From Candidatus Shapirobacteria bacterium (GTDB lineage: Bacteria; Patescibacteriota; Microgenomatia; UBA12405), in the NCBI GenBank assembly GCA_028704885.1, contig JAQWEN010000001.1, positions 109,172 to 173,171 on the forward strand: a stretch of DNA of 64,000 nucleotides. Direction: 5' to 3'. Within the stretch, counting starts at the first letter, position 1; the number at the start of each line of letters is the position of its first letter. The position numbers were made by a program, and so were the translations under genes. Below the pieces are notes generated by a model. That model had not been told where the DNA came from. It made no database searches and saw nothing but the letters and a program-made list of their open reading frames with translations. Positions 8,772 to 20,595 of this stretch are shown one piece after another.

Positions 8772-9412
8772 CTATTTTTTTTAAGCCATTTTTCTCGTTT
8801 AAGAAAAAGGAATCCCAAAATTAGACCAGCACCGACAACAGTGAGAACACTTTCGATTTTATCTAGACCATGAGCTAGACCAGTAAAAGCTTCGCCCATT
8901 TGAAAACCGATAAAGCCTAAAATAATGGCACGAACAATAAGGGCTAAAAACATAATAGGATAAAATTTGGCTGGTTTAAAGCGGAAAGCACCACAGAAAC
9001 CAGACATTAAAGAAACTGGGACAACGGGAATAATGACAGCAATAAAAATAAAGAGTTCATCTTTGATGGTTTTTTGAAAATCGGCTCTAATTTTTTCAAT
9101 TAAAGGCCAAGAAATACCAACATATTTACCAAATTTATCAACTAATGGTCGACCACCAAAATAAGCGATTAAAAAAACCATACTGGTACCAATAACGGCA
9201 CCAATGGAATAAGGAAGGGAAACTTTGGAAATTATTTCCCAAAGAGCTTGAAAAATGGAAACATTATGAGAAACAAGAAAGGCGCCACCGGACATAGTAA
9301 TAATAGGGGATGGAATAGGAACTATGATTTGTTCAACTATACCGCCAATGAACATAGATAAAGATCCATGGGTTTTGACCATGTCGAGAATAATTTGAAG
9401 AATTTGAGTCAT
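8768..9412 (-). CDS. DedA/TVP38-family membrane protein
   Basis: 'GGIVEQIIVPIPSPIITMSGGAFL' matches the DedA signature 'e.i.PiP.e.l...aG'. 'GGRPLVDKFGKY' is present. Multiple TM helices. Confidence 0.65.
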   Translation of the reverse strand: MTQILQIILDMVKTHGSLSMFIGGIVEQIIVPIPSPIITMSGGAFLVSHNVSIFQALWEIISKVSLPYSIGAVIGTSMVFLIAYFGGRPLVDKFGKYVGISWPLIEKIRADFQKTIKDELFIFIAVIIPVVPVSLMSGFCGAFRFKPAKFYPIMFLALIVRAIILGFIGFQMGEAFTGLAHGLDKIESVLTVVGAGLILGFLFLKREKWLKKNS

Positions 9413-9484
9413 GGCTTAATATTATCGTCAAAATGAATTATTGTCTAGCGAACTTTTAGAGATAAACTGAGCTATATTTAGTTG

Positions 9485-9513
9485 TTGACGTGTCTGTTCA
9501 AATTAGGTAGAAT
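9485..9513 (+). promoter_or_regulatory. Near-consensus sigma70 promoter: TTGACG, 17-nt spacer, TAGAAT
   Basis: ttgacg at 9485-9490, tagaat at 9508-9513, spacer exactly 17 nt. Confidence 0.6.
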
Positions 9514-9616
9514 ACTTCCACTTATCGAGATGCTGAAAGTCAACCTAAAAAACAATAAAAACTTTATTAAAGGGGGATTGCCCGCTTAAGAAAGTAAATT
9601 GTAAATGGAATATTGA

Positions 9617-9644
9617 CCGAAAGCTCCGAGCTTTCGGTTTTTTT
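9617..9644 (+). terminator. Intrinsic terminator closing the roughly 130-nt unit that begins at the promoter
   Basis: ccgaaagc-tccga-gctttcgg followed by ttttttt. Confidence 0.6.
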
Positions 9645-9680
9645 ATGACCAAAAGCAGTACTTTAAAGAGGATAGCATTT

Positions 9681-9754
9681 GGGCCTGTGGCTTAGTTGGT
9701 TATAGCGCCTCATTTGCAATGAGGAGGTCGGGAGTTCGACTCTCCCCAGGTCCA
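9681..9754 (+). tRNA. tRNA-Ala (anticodon TGC)
   Basis: Acceptor stem GGGCCTG/CAGGTCC includes a G3:U70 wobble, the alanine identity element. Anticodon stem CCTCA/TGAGG with loop TTTGCAA. T-arm GGGAG-TTCGACT-CTCCC. Confidence 0.85.
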
Positions 9755-9928
9755 CCTACGCATAAAGCTACGGTGGATAAATCCACTAATAAATGGTTAG
9801 AAATAAGGAGACAAAGAAATTTATCTCCTTAAACTAAGTATTTGTACATTAACAATTTATTGAATCGAAAGTAATTTAATTTCAATTTCGTTTATTCTTG
9901 GCAACTAAATTGAGTTGCCAAATATTGA

Positions 9929-12855
<2,927 letters not shown>

Positions 12856-13061
12856 GATTTAAGCTAAGTAGAGAGAAGATTGAAGAAACTTTTTCAATAT
12901 GTTTGGCTTTTAGCCCCAATCAAAATTTGGGATTAAAAGCTGAATGGGCAACTCAATTTAGAGGCCAAGAAGAAGAACTTTAGAGCTTTAGTTCGCTAGA
13001 GCTTTAGATTTTAGAAATTAGAAATTATAATTACATTTTCGATCAAATTTAGTTTTTGAAC

Positions 13062-13178
13062 TCTGGTCATTGGAGCGAAGTGGACCCACCTCTTCCCATT
13101 TCGAACAGAGAAGTGAAACTCTTTAGCGCTGACAATAGTCTTTCCGCAAGGGATCTTGAAGATAGGTCGTGGCCAGAA
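13062..13178 (+). rRNA. rrf: 5S ribosomal RNA
   Basis: 'cttcccatttcgaacagagaagtgaaactctttagcgctgacaatagt' matches the 5S loop-B/C consensus '...CCCATnCCGAACnnGGAAGTnAAGC...'. Terminal helix ctggtca/tggccag. Confidence 0.85.
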
Positions 13179-13210
13179 TTCAGAAACTAAATTGATAGGT
13201 TGTTTAAAAC

Positions 13211-13292
13211 CTCATCACAAAATTTTTTATAATCGGTGAGATCTGCGTAGCAGGCTCAATATTATAAAAAATTGTGATTTCGGATTTAAACA
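13211..13292. repeat. MITE-like palindromic repeat (family 2), copy 1
   Basis: The arms atcacaaaattttttataat and attataaaaaattgtgat flank the core cggtgagatctgcgtagcaggctcaat. About 85% identical to the copy at 54268. Confidence 0.75.
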
Positions 13293-13357
13293 TATTTTCG
13301 ATTCAATAAGTTAAATACATATTAATAATTTATTTGGGGTAACCAATCCCGCGAAAG

Positions 13358-13384
13358 CTCCCAAGTAATTGGGAGATTTTTTTT
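13358..13384 (+). terminator. Intrinsic terminator at the end of the rRNA unit, 6 nt before the rpsA start codon
   Basis: ctcccaa-gtaa-ttgggag followed by atttttttt. Confidence 0.5.
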
Positions 13385-13390
13385 AAAAAA

Positions 13391-14506
13391 ATGGCAAAAA
13401 AAGATAAAAAAATCAAAAAAAGTGACGCTACCTTAACAATGGCGGATCTTTTGAAATTAGAAGGAGTTCAACTAACTGGTCTTAAAAAAGGACAAGAAGT
13501 TAAGGGGAAAATTACGACAATCAAAAATAAAGCAATTTTTATTGATGTTGGCGGTAAAACTGATGCAGTGGTAACAGGAAAAGAGTTTGAATTTGTTAAA
13601 GATTATGTGGCTGATTTGAAAATTAATGATGAAATTGAAGTGCAAATTAAATCTCCAGAAAATGATAAGGGACAAATTTTGGCTTCAATTAGAGGTGCTG
13701 CTAGCGGTTATGGTTGGAATTATTTTAAAGAAAAAGAAAAGAGCGGCGGCGAAGTATCGGTTTTTGCTAAGGAATTAAACCGAGGCGGAGCAGTTGTTGT
13801 AGCCCCATTTGGTTTTTTTGGATTTATTCCTGGATCTCAAATTGGAAGCAAATATGACGGTGATCCAGACAAAATGATGGGTAAGAAAATCAAAACTAAG
13901 GTTTTGGAAGTTGATCAAGCTAAAAATAGATTAGTCTTTTCAGAAAGATTAGTGTCTGAACCTGATAAAGTCGGCGAAGAAGTCGGAGCTATCGAACATT
14001 TGGATGTTGGCGACGTCTTTGATGCTGACATTATGAGAGTTGAACCTTTTGGTGTCTTTGTTAGAGTTAACTGCGATAATAAAGGCCAACCTTTGAATCT
14101 TGAAGGATTAGTTCACATTTCCGAAATTTCTTGGGAAAAGGTGAGTGATCTTTCTCAAATGTTTAAAGCTAAGGATAAAATTAAGATTAAATTAATTAAT
14201 AAAGATGATGGAAGATTACAATTTTCTATTAAAAGACTTTCTGATGATCCATGGACAACTATTGAAGAAAAATATCCAAAAGATAAAGAAGTTGATGGTG
14301 AAGTAGTCAGATTGGCTAACTTTGGAGCTTTAGTTAAATTGGAAACTGGAGTTGAAGGATTAATTCATATTTCTAAACTTACTGGTGGAATTAATTTAAA
14401 AGAAGGCGATAAAGTTCAAGTCTACATTGAAAGTATCGATGTTCAAAAGAGAAAGATATCTTTGGGAATTGTCGAAACTAATAAGAAGAATGTAATTTAC
14501 AAATAA
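13391..14506 (+). CDS. rpsA: Ribosomal protein S1-like protein with four S1 RNA-binding domains; short CPR-type form
   Basis: Repeated S1-domain cores, for example 'GQEVKGKITTIKNKAIFIDVGGKTDAVV', 'GDVFDADIMRVEPFGVFVRV' and 'VDGEVVRLANFGALVKLETGVEGLIHISKL'. Confidence 0.8.
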   Translation: MAKKDKKIKKSDATLTMADLLKLEGVQLTGLKKGQEVKGKITTIKNKAIFIDVGGKTDAVVTGKEFEFVKDYVADLKINDEIEVQIKSPENDKGQILASIRGAASGYGWNYFKEKEKSGGEVSVFAKELNRGGAVVVAPFGFFGFIPGSQIGSKYDGDPDKMMGKKIKTKVLEVDQAKNRLVFSERLVSEPDKVGEEVGAIEHLDVGDVFDADIMRVEPFGVFVRVNCDNKGQPLNLEGLVHISEISWEKVSDLSQMFKAKDKIKIKLINKDDGRLQFSIKRLSDDPWTTIEEKYPKDKEVDGEVVRLANFGALVKLETGVEGLIHISKLTGGINLKEGDKVQVYIESIDVQKRKISLGIVETNKKNVIYK

Positions 14507-14523
14507 TTTGTAATTTGTAAAAA

Positions 14524-14550
14524 AGATCCCCCAGAAATGGGGGATTTTTG
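14524..14550 (+). terminator. Intrinsic terminator after rpsA
   Basis: atccccc-agaa-atggggga-t followed by ttttt. Confidence 0.65.
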
Positions 14551-14595
14551 GTGATGTGCTAGACTGATATTAGTTATTAGTTGATTTTTATTAAA

Positions 14596-15159
14596 ATGAA
14601 AAAGAAGAAAAATATAAAGAAAGAAAAAACAATCAAAAACAAATATTTGGGGTTAGTAATAATAGTTTTATTATTAGCATTTGCAGTCGTGGGAGTTAAT
14701 CGAATTTTGGGAAACGATGAAGTTAGTTTGGTTTGTGAAGATAAGAAAGGAAATTTATTTGTACCAAGGGATAAGGATGGAAAATTAGATGATTGCGGTA
14801 AACATGGTGAGTCAGTAACTTTTAAATTTAATAATAGCACTAGTACTGGAAACGAAAAAGAAACTGGTTTTGGAAATGCTGTTGGTTCTGGTTATGCTAG
14901 ATTTGCTGATGGTAATAGTGTATTGACTAATGATGGAAAAATTTGGCAATATAAAGGAGAAGGAAATACAGTTGGTGTTTGGAAAGAGAATACTACAATA
15001 GCTCAACTTACTCCAGATGTTGTTAATAAAATAATTTTCTGGGAAAAAGATTCTTTTTTAACAAGCGATGGTTATTTTGTTTTACAAACCATTGTTGATG
15101 GTAATCCGTCTTTTTCAAAATATATAGAAGCTGGTTTACCAATAGAAACAACTCAGTAG
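14596..15159 (+). CDS. Hypothetical membrane-anchored or secreted protein
   Basis: The Lys-rich N-terminus is followed by the TM helix 'YLGLVIIVLLLAFAVVGV'. No recognisable domain. A more upstream ATG (14581) is possible. Confidence 0.5.
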   Translation: MKKKKNIKKEKTIKNKYLGLVIIVLLLAFAVVGVNRILGNDEVSLVCEDKKGNLFVPRDKDGKLDDCGKHGESVTFKFNNSTSTGNEKETGFGNAVGSGYARFADGNSVLTNDGKIWQYKGEGNTVGVWKENTTIAQLTPDVVNKIIFWEKDSFLTSDGYFVLQTIVDGNPSFSKYIEAGLPIETTQ

Positions 15160-15174
15160 TTTTTGTTTATATAT

Positions 15175-15203
15175 AAAATCCCCCTGAAAATGGGGGGTTT
15201 TGG
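15175..15203 (+). terminator. Intrinsic terminator
   Basis: aaatcccccc-tgaaaa-tggggggttttgg. Confidence 0.6.
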
Positions 15204-15320
15204 TGGTGAATGCGTGAGAGGCCCTAGAAATGAAGAAAATTTATTTTTCTATTACTTTGTAAGTAATATTTAAATTCCGTAACTTCTAATTTAAATATAT
15301 TATATTTAGTATAATTAGGA

Positions 15321-16658
15321 ATGAAAAATAAAGAGATGATTTTTGTATGTAATAATTGCGGTAATGAATTTTCAAAATGGATGGGGCAATGCAGTAGTTG
15401 TGGAGAGTGGAATACATTAAAAGAAGTAAAAAGTTTAGGAAAGGCAATAAAAGGGTCGACACATCGATCGACCCGTACATTTGAAAAATTGGAGGTGAAA
15501 AATTTGGCCGTCCTTCGTCAAGACTTCGGATCGGTAAAGGAAAATGGTGGTGTATTTTCGACGGGTATTTCCGAGTTTGATAGAGTTTTGGGTAAAGGAA
15601 TTGTTCAGGGATCGGCAGTGCTTTTTGCGGGTGAACCAGGGATTGGAAAAAGCACTTTATTGACTCAATTAATTGGAAAGATAGGTGGATTATATGTGGC
15701 AGGTGAAGAATCAGCCGAACAAATTGGACTCCGAGTAAAAAGGCTAGGTTTAAATGCTAATAATTTCGATATTTTAGGCACAAATTCAATTGATGAAATA
15801 GAAGAATTTTTGGATCGAACAAAAAATGTGTACAAAATAGCGGTAGTGGACTCGATTCAAGTGATGAGCAGTGAAAATGCGACCGGGGTAATTGGTTCAG
15901 TAGGGCAAATTAAAGAATCGACTTTTAGATTAATTCAAATTGCTAAGAAAAAAGGGATGGCAATTTTTATTGTGGGCCATGTGACGAAAGATGGGGACAT
16001 TGCTGGACCGAAACTTTTGGAACATATGGTGGACACAGTTCTTTATTTTGAAGGAGAAAAAAATGGAGACTTAAGAATTTTGCGAACTACTAAAAATCGA
16101 TTCGGACCAACTGACGAAGTTGGAGTTTTTAAAATGGAAGAAAAAGGACTTAGGGAAATTAAGTCTGAAGAAATTAATTTGATTGAAAATGGAGAAAATA
16201 AAATTGGGTCGGCGATAACAGTGACAATGGAGGGAACCAGACCAATGATGTTGGAAATTCAAGCTTTGGTGGTAGAAAGTTTTGCACCAATGCCAAAAAG
16301 AATTTTTTCGGGGATTGATTATAATCGCGGCCAATTAATGATTGCCATTGCGCAAAAAAGTTTAGGAATGCCGCTTTATAAATATGATGTATTTTTATCA
16401 GTGACTGGTGGAATAAAAATTGAAGAGACAGCGGCGGATTTGGCAGTGTTGGCGGCAATGTGGAGTAGCTACAAATCCACCCCCAACCCCTCCTTTGACA
16501 AGGAGGGGAGAAAATCACTTCCGGTTTGGGTAGGAGAGGTGAGTTTATTGGGAGAAGTTAAGAAAACAAGAAATTGGGAAAAGAGACAAAAAGAAGCTGA
16601 GACAATGGGAAGGAGAGTAGTGGAGATGAAGAATGTCAAAGAAATAAAGAATTTGTAA
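15321..16658 (+). CDS. radA: DNA repair protein RadA/Sms carrying an in-frame RPE-like insertion near the C-terminus
   Basis: Zn finger 'CNNCGNEFSKWMGQCSSCGEWNTL'. Walker A 'GEPGIGKSTLL'. 'KNRFGPTDEVGVF' is the KNRFG motif. A Lon-like C-terminal domain follows. Residues 'TPNPSFDKEGRK' come from the repeat at 16474-16512. Confidence 0.9.
   Translation: MKNKEMIFVCNNCGNEFSKWMGQCSSCGEWNTLKEVKSLGKAIKGSTHRSTRTFEKLEVKNLAVLRQDFGSVKENGGVFSTGISEFDRVLGKGIVQGSAVLFAGEPGIGKSTLLTQLIGKIGGLYVAGEESAEQIGLRVKRLGLNANNFDILGTNSIDEIEEFLDRTKNVYKIAVVDSIQVMSSENATGVIGSVGQIKESTFRLIQIAKKKGMAIFIVGHVTKDGDIAGPKLLEHMVDTVLYFEGEKNGDLRILRTTKNRFGPTDEVGVFKMEEKGLREIKSEEINLIENGENKIGSAITVTMEGTRPMMLEIQALVVESFAPMPKRIFSGIDYNRGQLMIAIAQKSLGMPLYKYDVFLSVTGGIKIEETAADLAVLAAMWSSYKSTPNPSFDKEGRKSLPVWVGEVSLLGEVKKTRNWEKRQKEAETMGRRVVEMKNVKEIKNL
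16474..16512. repeat. RPE-like repeat (family 1, short variant) inserted in-frame in radA
   Basis: aaatccacccccaaccCCTCCtttgacaaGGAGGggagaa. It aligns to the reverse complement of the copy at 53320. Confidence 0.65.
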
Positions 16659-16677
16659 ATTTGATTTTTTGTTTAAA

Positions 16678-16760
16678 TTCTCGATACGAATTTTTTATGT
16701 CTGGTGAATGTGGTTGCTCACGTTCAAGGACACAAAAAATTGCATCTTCAAATTTAAACC
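16678..16760. repeat. MITE-like repeat (family 2), diverged copy
   Basis: ttctcgatacgaattttttatgt...gaatgtggttgctcacgttc...acaaaaaattgcatcttcaaatttaaa. Confidence 0.5.
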
Positions 16761-17525
16761 AATTTAAATAAAGTTTTCCTCAAGTTTTCCACAATGACTG
16801 AAATGTTTATTAAAGTGGTGAAAATGAACCTAATTTTTATAAATAAAAAAATATAGGATGTGTGTTTTTAGAGAGGCAAATTAATATAGGATATAGACAA
16901 GGGGTAAAAGGAGGTTATACTAAATTAATGCTTCAACTAATTAAAAAAATGTTTTCTTCTAAAGGCGCGAAAAAATCCGGTAAAAAAGGTAAGGATAATT
17001 GGGCTAAGAAACAGTTTGAAGAGATGGGTAAATTAAGAGGAAAACTAATTTTGATGTAGTAGCTATACCGATAAATCGGTATCGTGTCTTTAGGCAAAAT
17101 CTTGTCGTCTTCGACTTAAGATTTTAGCTAAAGAAACGAATTTGACAATTAGATGTTGGAGAGGCGACAGTTGTTCGTTTCGAAAGATTTAGGTAGGAAA
17201 TTGGCTTATACTCCGATTTCGACTTAAGTCTCATCGGAGTTTGATAAATAGGCAAAATTTGGCTTCGCCAGCCGGCGAATTCAAATTTAGACCTATTTAA
17301 CAAAAAAAAGAAACAACATTATCGATATTCTCAAAGCAGGTGGAACACGTATATTGTTGTTTCTTCAACATCTAAAATAAGGTTTTTTGATAAAAAAGTC
17401 AAATTAACCTTGGTGGATTTATAGGCTAAATTTTTGATGTTTAGCTTTAAGAGTAGGGTTGAGAGTAGAAGAGGGGGCAGGTCTTCTACTTTCAACTTTA
17501 TTCTTAAAATGTTTTTTGTGTTTAA

Positions 17526-17592
17526 CTCTTTGTCACGAATTTTTATGTAATCGGCGAATGTGCGTCGCACGTAAAAATACCGATAAATCGGT
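17526..17592. repeat. MITE-like repeat (family 2), partial copy with the gaatgtgcgtcgcac core
   Basis: ctctttgtcacgaatttttatgtaatcggcgaatgtgcgtcgcacgt... It is joined to the ccgataaatcgg hairpin. Confidence 0.55.
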
Positions 17593-17684
17593 ATAGTGTA
17601 AATAGGCAAAATTTGGCGTTTAACTTCAAATTTAGACCTATTTAAACTAAAAATTGTGACTTCAGAGTTAAATATTAAAAAAAC

Positions 17685-17713
17685 TTGACAATGACCAGGA
17701 AAGCAGATAAAAT
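17685..17713 (+). promoter_or_regulatory. Sigma70-like promoter upstream of rho: TTGACA, 17-nt spacer, TAAAAT, with a leader of about 65-90 nt
   Basis: ttgaca at 17685-17690, taaaat at 17708-17713. Confidence 0.5.
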
Positions 17714-17777
17714 TATCTTTGAATTAAAGAAATTTCCCGTTTTTATGCTGTTTTCCAGCTAATTTATATAATTTTTA

Positions 17778-19205
17778 TTGATTATAAATTTCCCAAACAA
17801 AATGCCAAAGAAAAAAACCGATGAAGTCATCGTAGTTGAACCTGTTATTGTTCAAAACCCACCCGTTTCTGCTGTTGCAGAAACACCCTCCCTTGAAAAT
17901 GGAGGGCAAAAAAATGAACCTATTAAGACTGAAATAAAGCCAAAAGATAATAATGTGGTTAGTTTTGTGAAATCTTCTTACGCCCCTACGGGGCTTCAGA
18001 AGGACATGCCTGTTCAACAACCACAAATACAAAGACCACAATATCAACCTCAACAAGCACCAAGACCACAGGTTCATTATGCTCCACCAGCTCCAGTCCA
18101 AACTGAAACTATTGAAGGTGCATTAGAAATTATGCAGGATGGTCAAGGATTTGTGAGACCAAAATTTATTCCTAATAATAGAGATGCTTTTATCGGATCG
18201 ATGCAAATTAGACGATACGGACTTAGAGCCGGGGATATGATTTTGGGAGCAGCTAAGGCACCAAAAGAAAATGAAAAATATTGGGCAATGACAAGAATTG
18301 ATAAAGTAAATGGTTTAGATTTGGCTCAGGTTCAAAATAGACCAGAATTTAAAGATTTAGTGCCTATTTATCCGCAAAAACAGATTAAATTAGAAACTGC
18401 TTCGGATGTTTATTCAACTAGAATTATTGATTTATTTTCGCCAATTGGATTTGGACAAAGAGGAATGGTGGTGTCGCCACCTAAGGCAGGTAAAACTACT
18501 TTACTTAAAGAAATTGCAGCCGGAGTGGCAATTAATTATCCAGAGGTCCACTTGATGGCTATTTTAGTTGGAGAAAGACCAGAAGAAGTGACCGATATGC
18601 AAAGATTTATCAAAGGTGAAGTGATTGCTTCTTCTTTTGATCAAAAACCAGAAGAACAAACCAAAGCAGCGGAAATTGCCATGGAAAGAGCTAAAAGATT
18701 AGTGGAAATGGGAAAAGACGTGGTGGTTGTTTTTGATTCAATTACCAGATTAGCTCGAGCCTACAATTTAGCAATTCCGACCTCAGGAAGAACACTTTCT
18801 GGAGGTTTCGATCCAGCCGCTTTATATCCTTCAAAGAAATTTTTTGGAGCAGCTAGAAAAATTGAAAATGGTGGTTCTTTAACTATTATTGGAACTTCAC
18901 TAGTAGATACCGGTTCAAAAATGGATGAATTGATTTTTGAAGAATTCAAAGGAACTGGAAATATGGAACTTAGATTGGAAAGAAACTTAGCCGAAAGGAG
19001 AATTTTTCCAGCTTTTGATATCTTGAGATCGGGAACCAGAATGGAAAATTTACTTTTGGATCCAGCTGTAATGGCAAAAATTATTTCAATTCGTAGAATG
19101 TTTGATGCTTTGGGTAAAGCTGAAGAAACAACAGAAATGATTTTAGGGCAAATGGCCAAAACTAAAAATAATCAGGAATTTTTGGATAAAATTGGTAAAA
19201 AATAA
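17778..19205 (+). CDS. rho: Transcription termination factor Rho with a Q/P-rich N-terminal insertion
   Basis: 'RYGLRAGDMILG' lies in the RNA-binding domain. Walker A 'SPPKAGKTTLLKEIA'. 'ILVGERPEEVTDM' and C-terminal motifs are present. The low-complexity stretch is 'PQIQRPQYQPQQAPRPQ'. Confidence 0.9.
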   Translation: MIINFPNKMPKKKTDEVIVVEPVIVQNPPVSAVAETPSLENGGQKNEPIKTEIKPKDNNVVSFVKSSYAPTGLQKDMPVQQPQIQRPQYQPQQAPRPQVHYAPPAPVQTETIEGALEIMQDGQGFVRPKFIPNNRDAFIGSMQIRRYGLRAGDMILGAAKAPKENEKYWAMTRIDKVNGLDLAQVQNRPEFKDLVPIYPQKQIKLETASDVYSTRIIDLFSPIGFGQRGMVVSPPKAGKTTLLKEIAAGVAINYPEVHLMAILVGERPEEVTDMQRFIKGEVIASSFDQKPEEQTKAAEIAMERAKRLVEMGKDVVVVFDSITRLARAYNLAIPTSGRTLSGGFDPAALYPSKKFFGAARKIENGGSLTIIGTSLVDTGSKMDELIFEEFKGTGNMELRLERNLAERRIFPAFDILRSGTRMENLLLDPAVMAKIISIRRMFDALGKAEETTEMILGQMAKTKNNQEFLDKIGKK

Positions 19206-19332
19206 ATTGTCACTTGACTCGATAATATTTTTATCGTGCTCGCTACCTTCGGGCTGTCCGCTTCGCGTCACGCGTTTGCTGTGCTCGAAAAAATACTATC
19301 TTCGTCAAATTAATTGATATAATTAAACGGCT

Positions 19333-20427
19333 ATGTCGGTGTTAAAAGATAATATTGATAATGAAATTAAGTTGTGGGGGGAATTCCTTAAAGCACAGGG
19401 GGAGTTTTTGAATGGATTTGGAAAAACTTTTTTGGGTTGGGCAGAATTTCTAAAAGTGTTGACTTCAAAAATGATGTATAGACAAAGAGGTAGATTTTCC
19501 CAGACTTTTATTGGAGCCAGTATGGCAATTTTGGCCTTTTTGACAATAGTTTTTTCTAGCCAGCTCGAGGCTTTAATTAATAATAGTGATAAAGGTGAAG
19601 GAAGTACTTATTTAATTATGGCGGCTGATAGTAGCGGAGCAGATACTTTAGTTTCAGATTTACCAAAGGGAGAAATAACGGAATATAGAGTAGTTGAAGG
19701 AGACACTGTATCTTCAATTGCAATGAAATTTGGGGTGACAATAGATACGATTATGTGGGAAAACAACCTTAAATCGGTGGATGCAATTAAACCAAAACAA
19801 ATTTTAAAAATTTTGCCAGTGACTGGGGTGAGATATAAAGTAAAAAGAGGTGAAACTATTTATAGTATTGCTAAAGCTTATCAAGTCGATGCTCAAAACA
19901 TCATTGATTATCCTTTTAATACTTTCAGCAACGATGAAACTTTTGCTTTAAGTGCAGGACAAGAATTAATTATTCCAGATGGTATTAAACCAAAAGAAGT
20001 GGTTATTGATACTGCCAGATATGCGGCCAGATCGGTGGCACCAATTCCAGGAGTGGTTGGTGAAGGAAACTTTATGTGGCCAACTTCAGGTGTTATTACC
20101 CAAAGATTCTCTTGGTATCACAAGGCTGTTGATATCGCCAACCATAGCAATCCAACAATTGTGGCGGCTCAAGGCGGAACAGTTACAACTGCAGGTTGGA
20201 ATGGCGGTGGTTATGGTAATTATGTGGTGGTTAATCATGGAAATGGTTACAGCACTTTGTATGGCCATATGTTAAATAATTCAATGGTGGTTAAAGCCGG
20301 ACAAGTGGTTAAACAAGGCCAAAAATTAGGAATAATGGGAAGTACTGGTCGTTCAACTGGAACACATTTGCATTTTGAAGTTAGAACAACGAATGGAAAT
20401 ATTGATCCATTGAGTGCTTTGAGATAG
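19333..20427 (+). CDS. LysM-domain M23 family metallopeptidase (peptidoglycan endopeptidase)
   Basis: Two LysM domains: 'YRVVEGDTVSSIAMKFGV' and 'YKVKRGETIYSIAKAYQV'. M23 core 'GYGNYVVVNHGNGYSTLYGHM...GSTGRSTGTHLHFEV'. Confidence 0.85.
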   Translation: MSVLKDNIDNEIKLWGEFLKAQGEFLNGFGKTFLGWAEFLKVLTSKMMYRQRGRFSQTFIGASMAILAFLTIVFSSQLEALINNSDKGEGSTYLIMAADSSGADTLVSDLPKGEITEYRVVEGDTVSSIAMKFGVTIDTIMWENNLKSVDAIKPKQILKILPVTGVRYKVKRGETIYSIAKAYQVDAQNIIDYPFNTFSNDETFALSAGQELIIPDGIKPKEVVIDTARYAARSVAPIPGVVGEGNFMWPTSGVITQRFSWYHKAVDIANHSNPTIVAAQGGTVTTAGWNGGGYGNYVVVNHGNGYSTLYGHMLNNSMVVKAGQVVKQGQKLGIMGSTGRSTGTHLHFEVRTTNGNIDPLSALR

Positions 20428-20436
20428 TCAGATACT

Positions 20437-20476
20437 CAGTATGTCAGTATGTCAGTATGTCAGTATGTCAGTATGT
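20437..20476. repeat. Microsatellite (cagtatgt) x5
   Basis: Five perfect 8-bp tandem units, read directly from the sequence, between the M23 peptidase gene and the downstream membrane-protein gene. Confidence 0.85.
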
Positions 20477-20595
20477 CAGGTAGAGAACTGATAATCTGAA
20501 AAACTGAGAAACTAAATTAGCGGAGGAGAATGTGCGGGAAAAAGAGGGTTTTGGAGATTGTCAAAAAAAATGGCTTTTGTTATGCTGGAACTATG

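Noticed and set aside
9515-9645. SRP RNA, tmRNA, 6S or RNase P RNA in the promoter–terminator unit and in 16.7-17.7 kb
   Set aside because: I could not find the conserved motifs of these RNAs by eye. The conserved motifs I looked for were SRP domain IV, the tmRNA tRNA-like ends, and the RNase P 'AGGAAAGTCCGGGC'. The unit is left as an unclassified candidate sRNA.
17331-17609. 92-aa ORF on the minus strand in the radA–rho intergenic island
   Set aside because: It spans MITE and direct-repeat copies. Its Ile/Leu/Lys-rich composition is typical of AT-rich non-coding DNA.
19979-20275. 98-aa and 60-aa ORFs nested in the M23 peptidase gene
   Set aside because: They are alternative frames inside a gene that carries clear LysM and M23 motifs.
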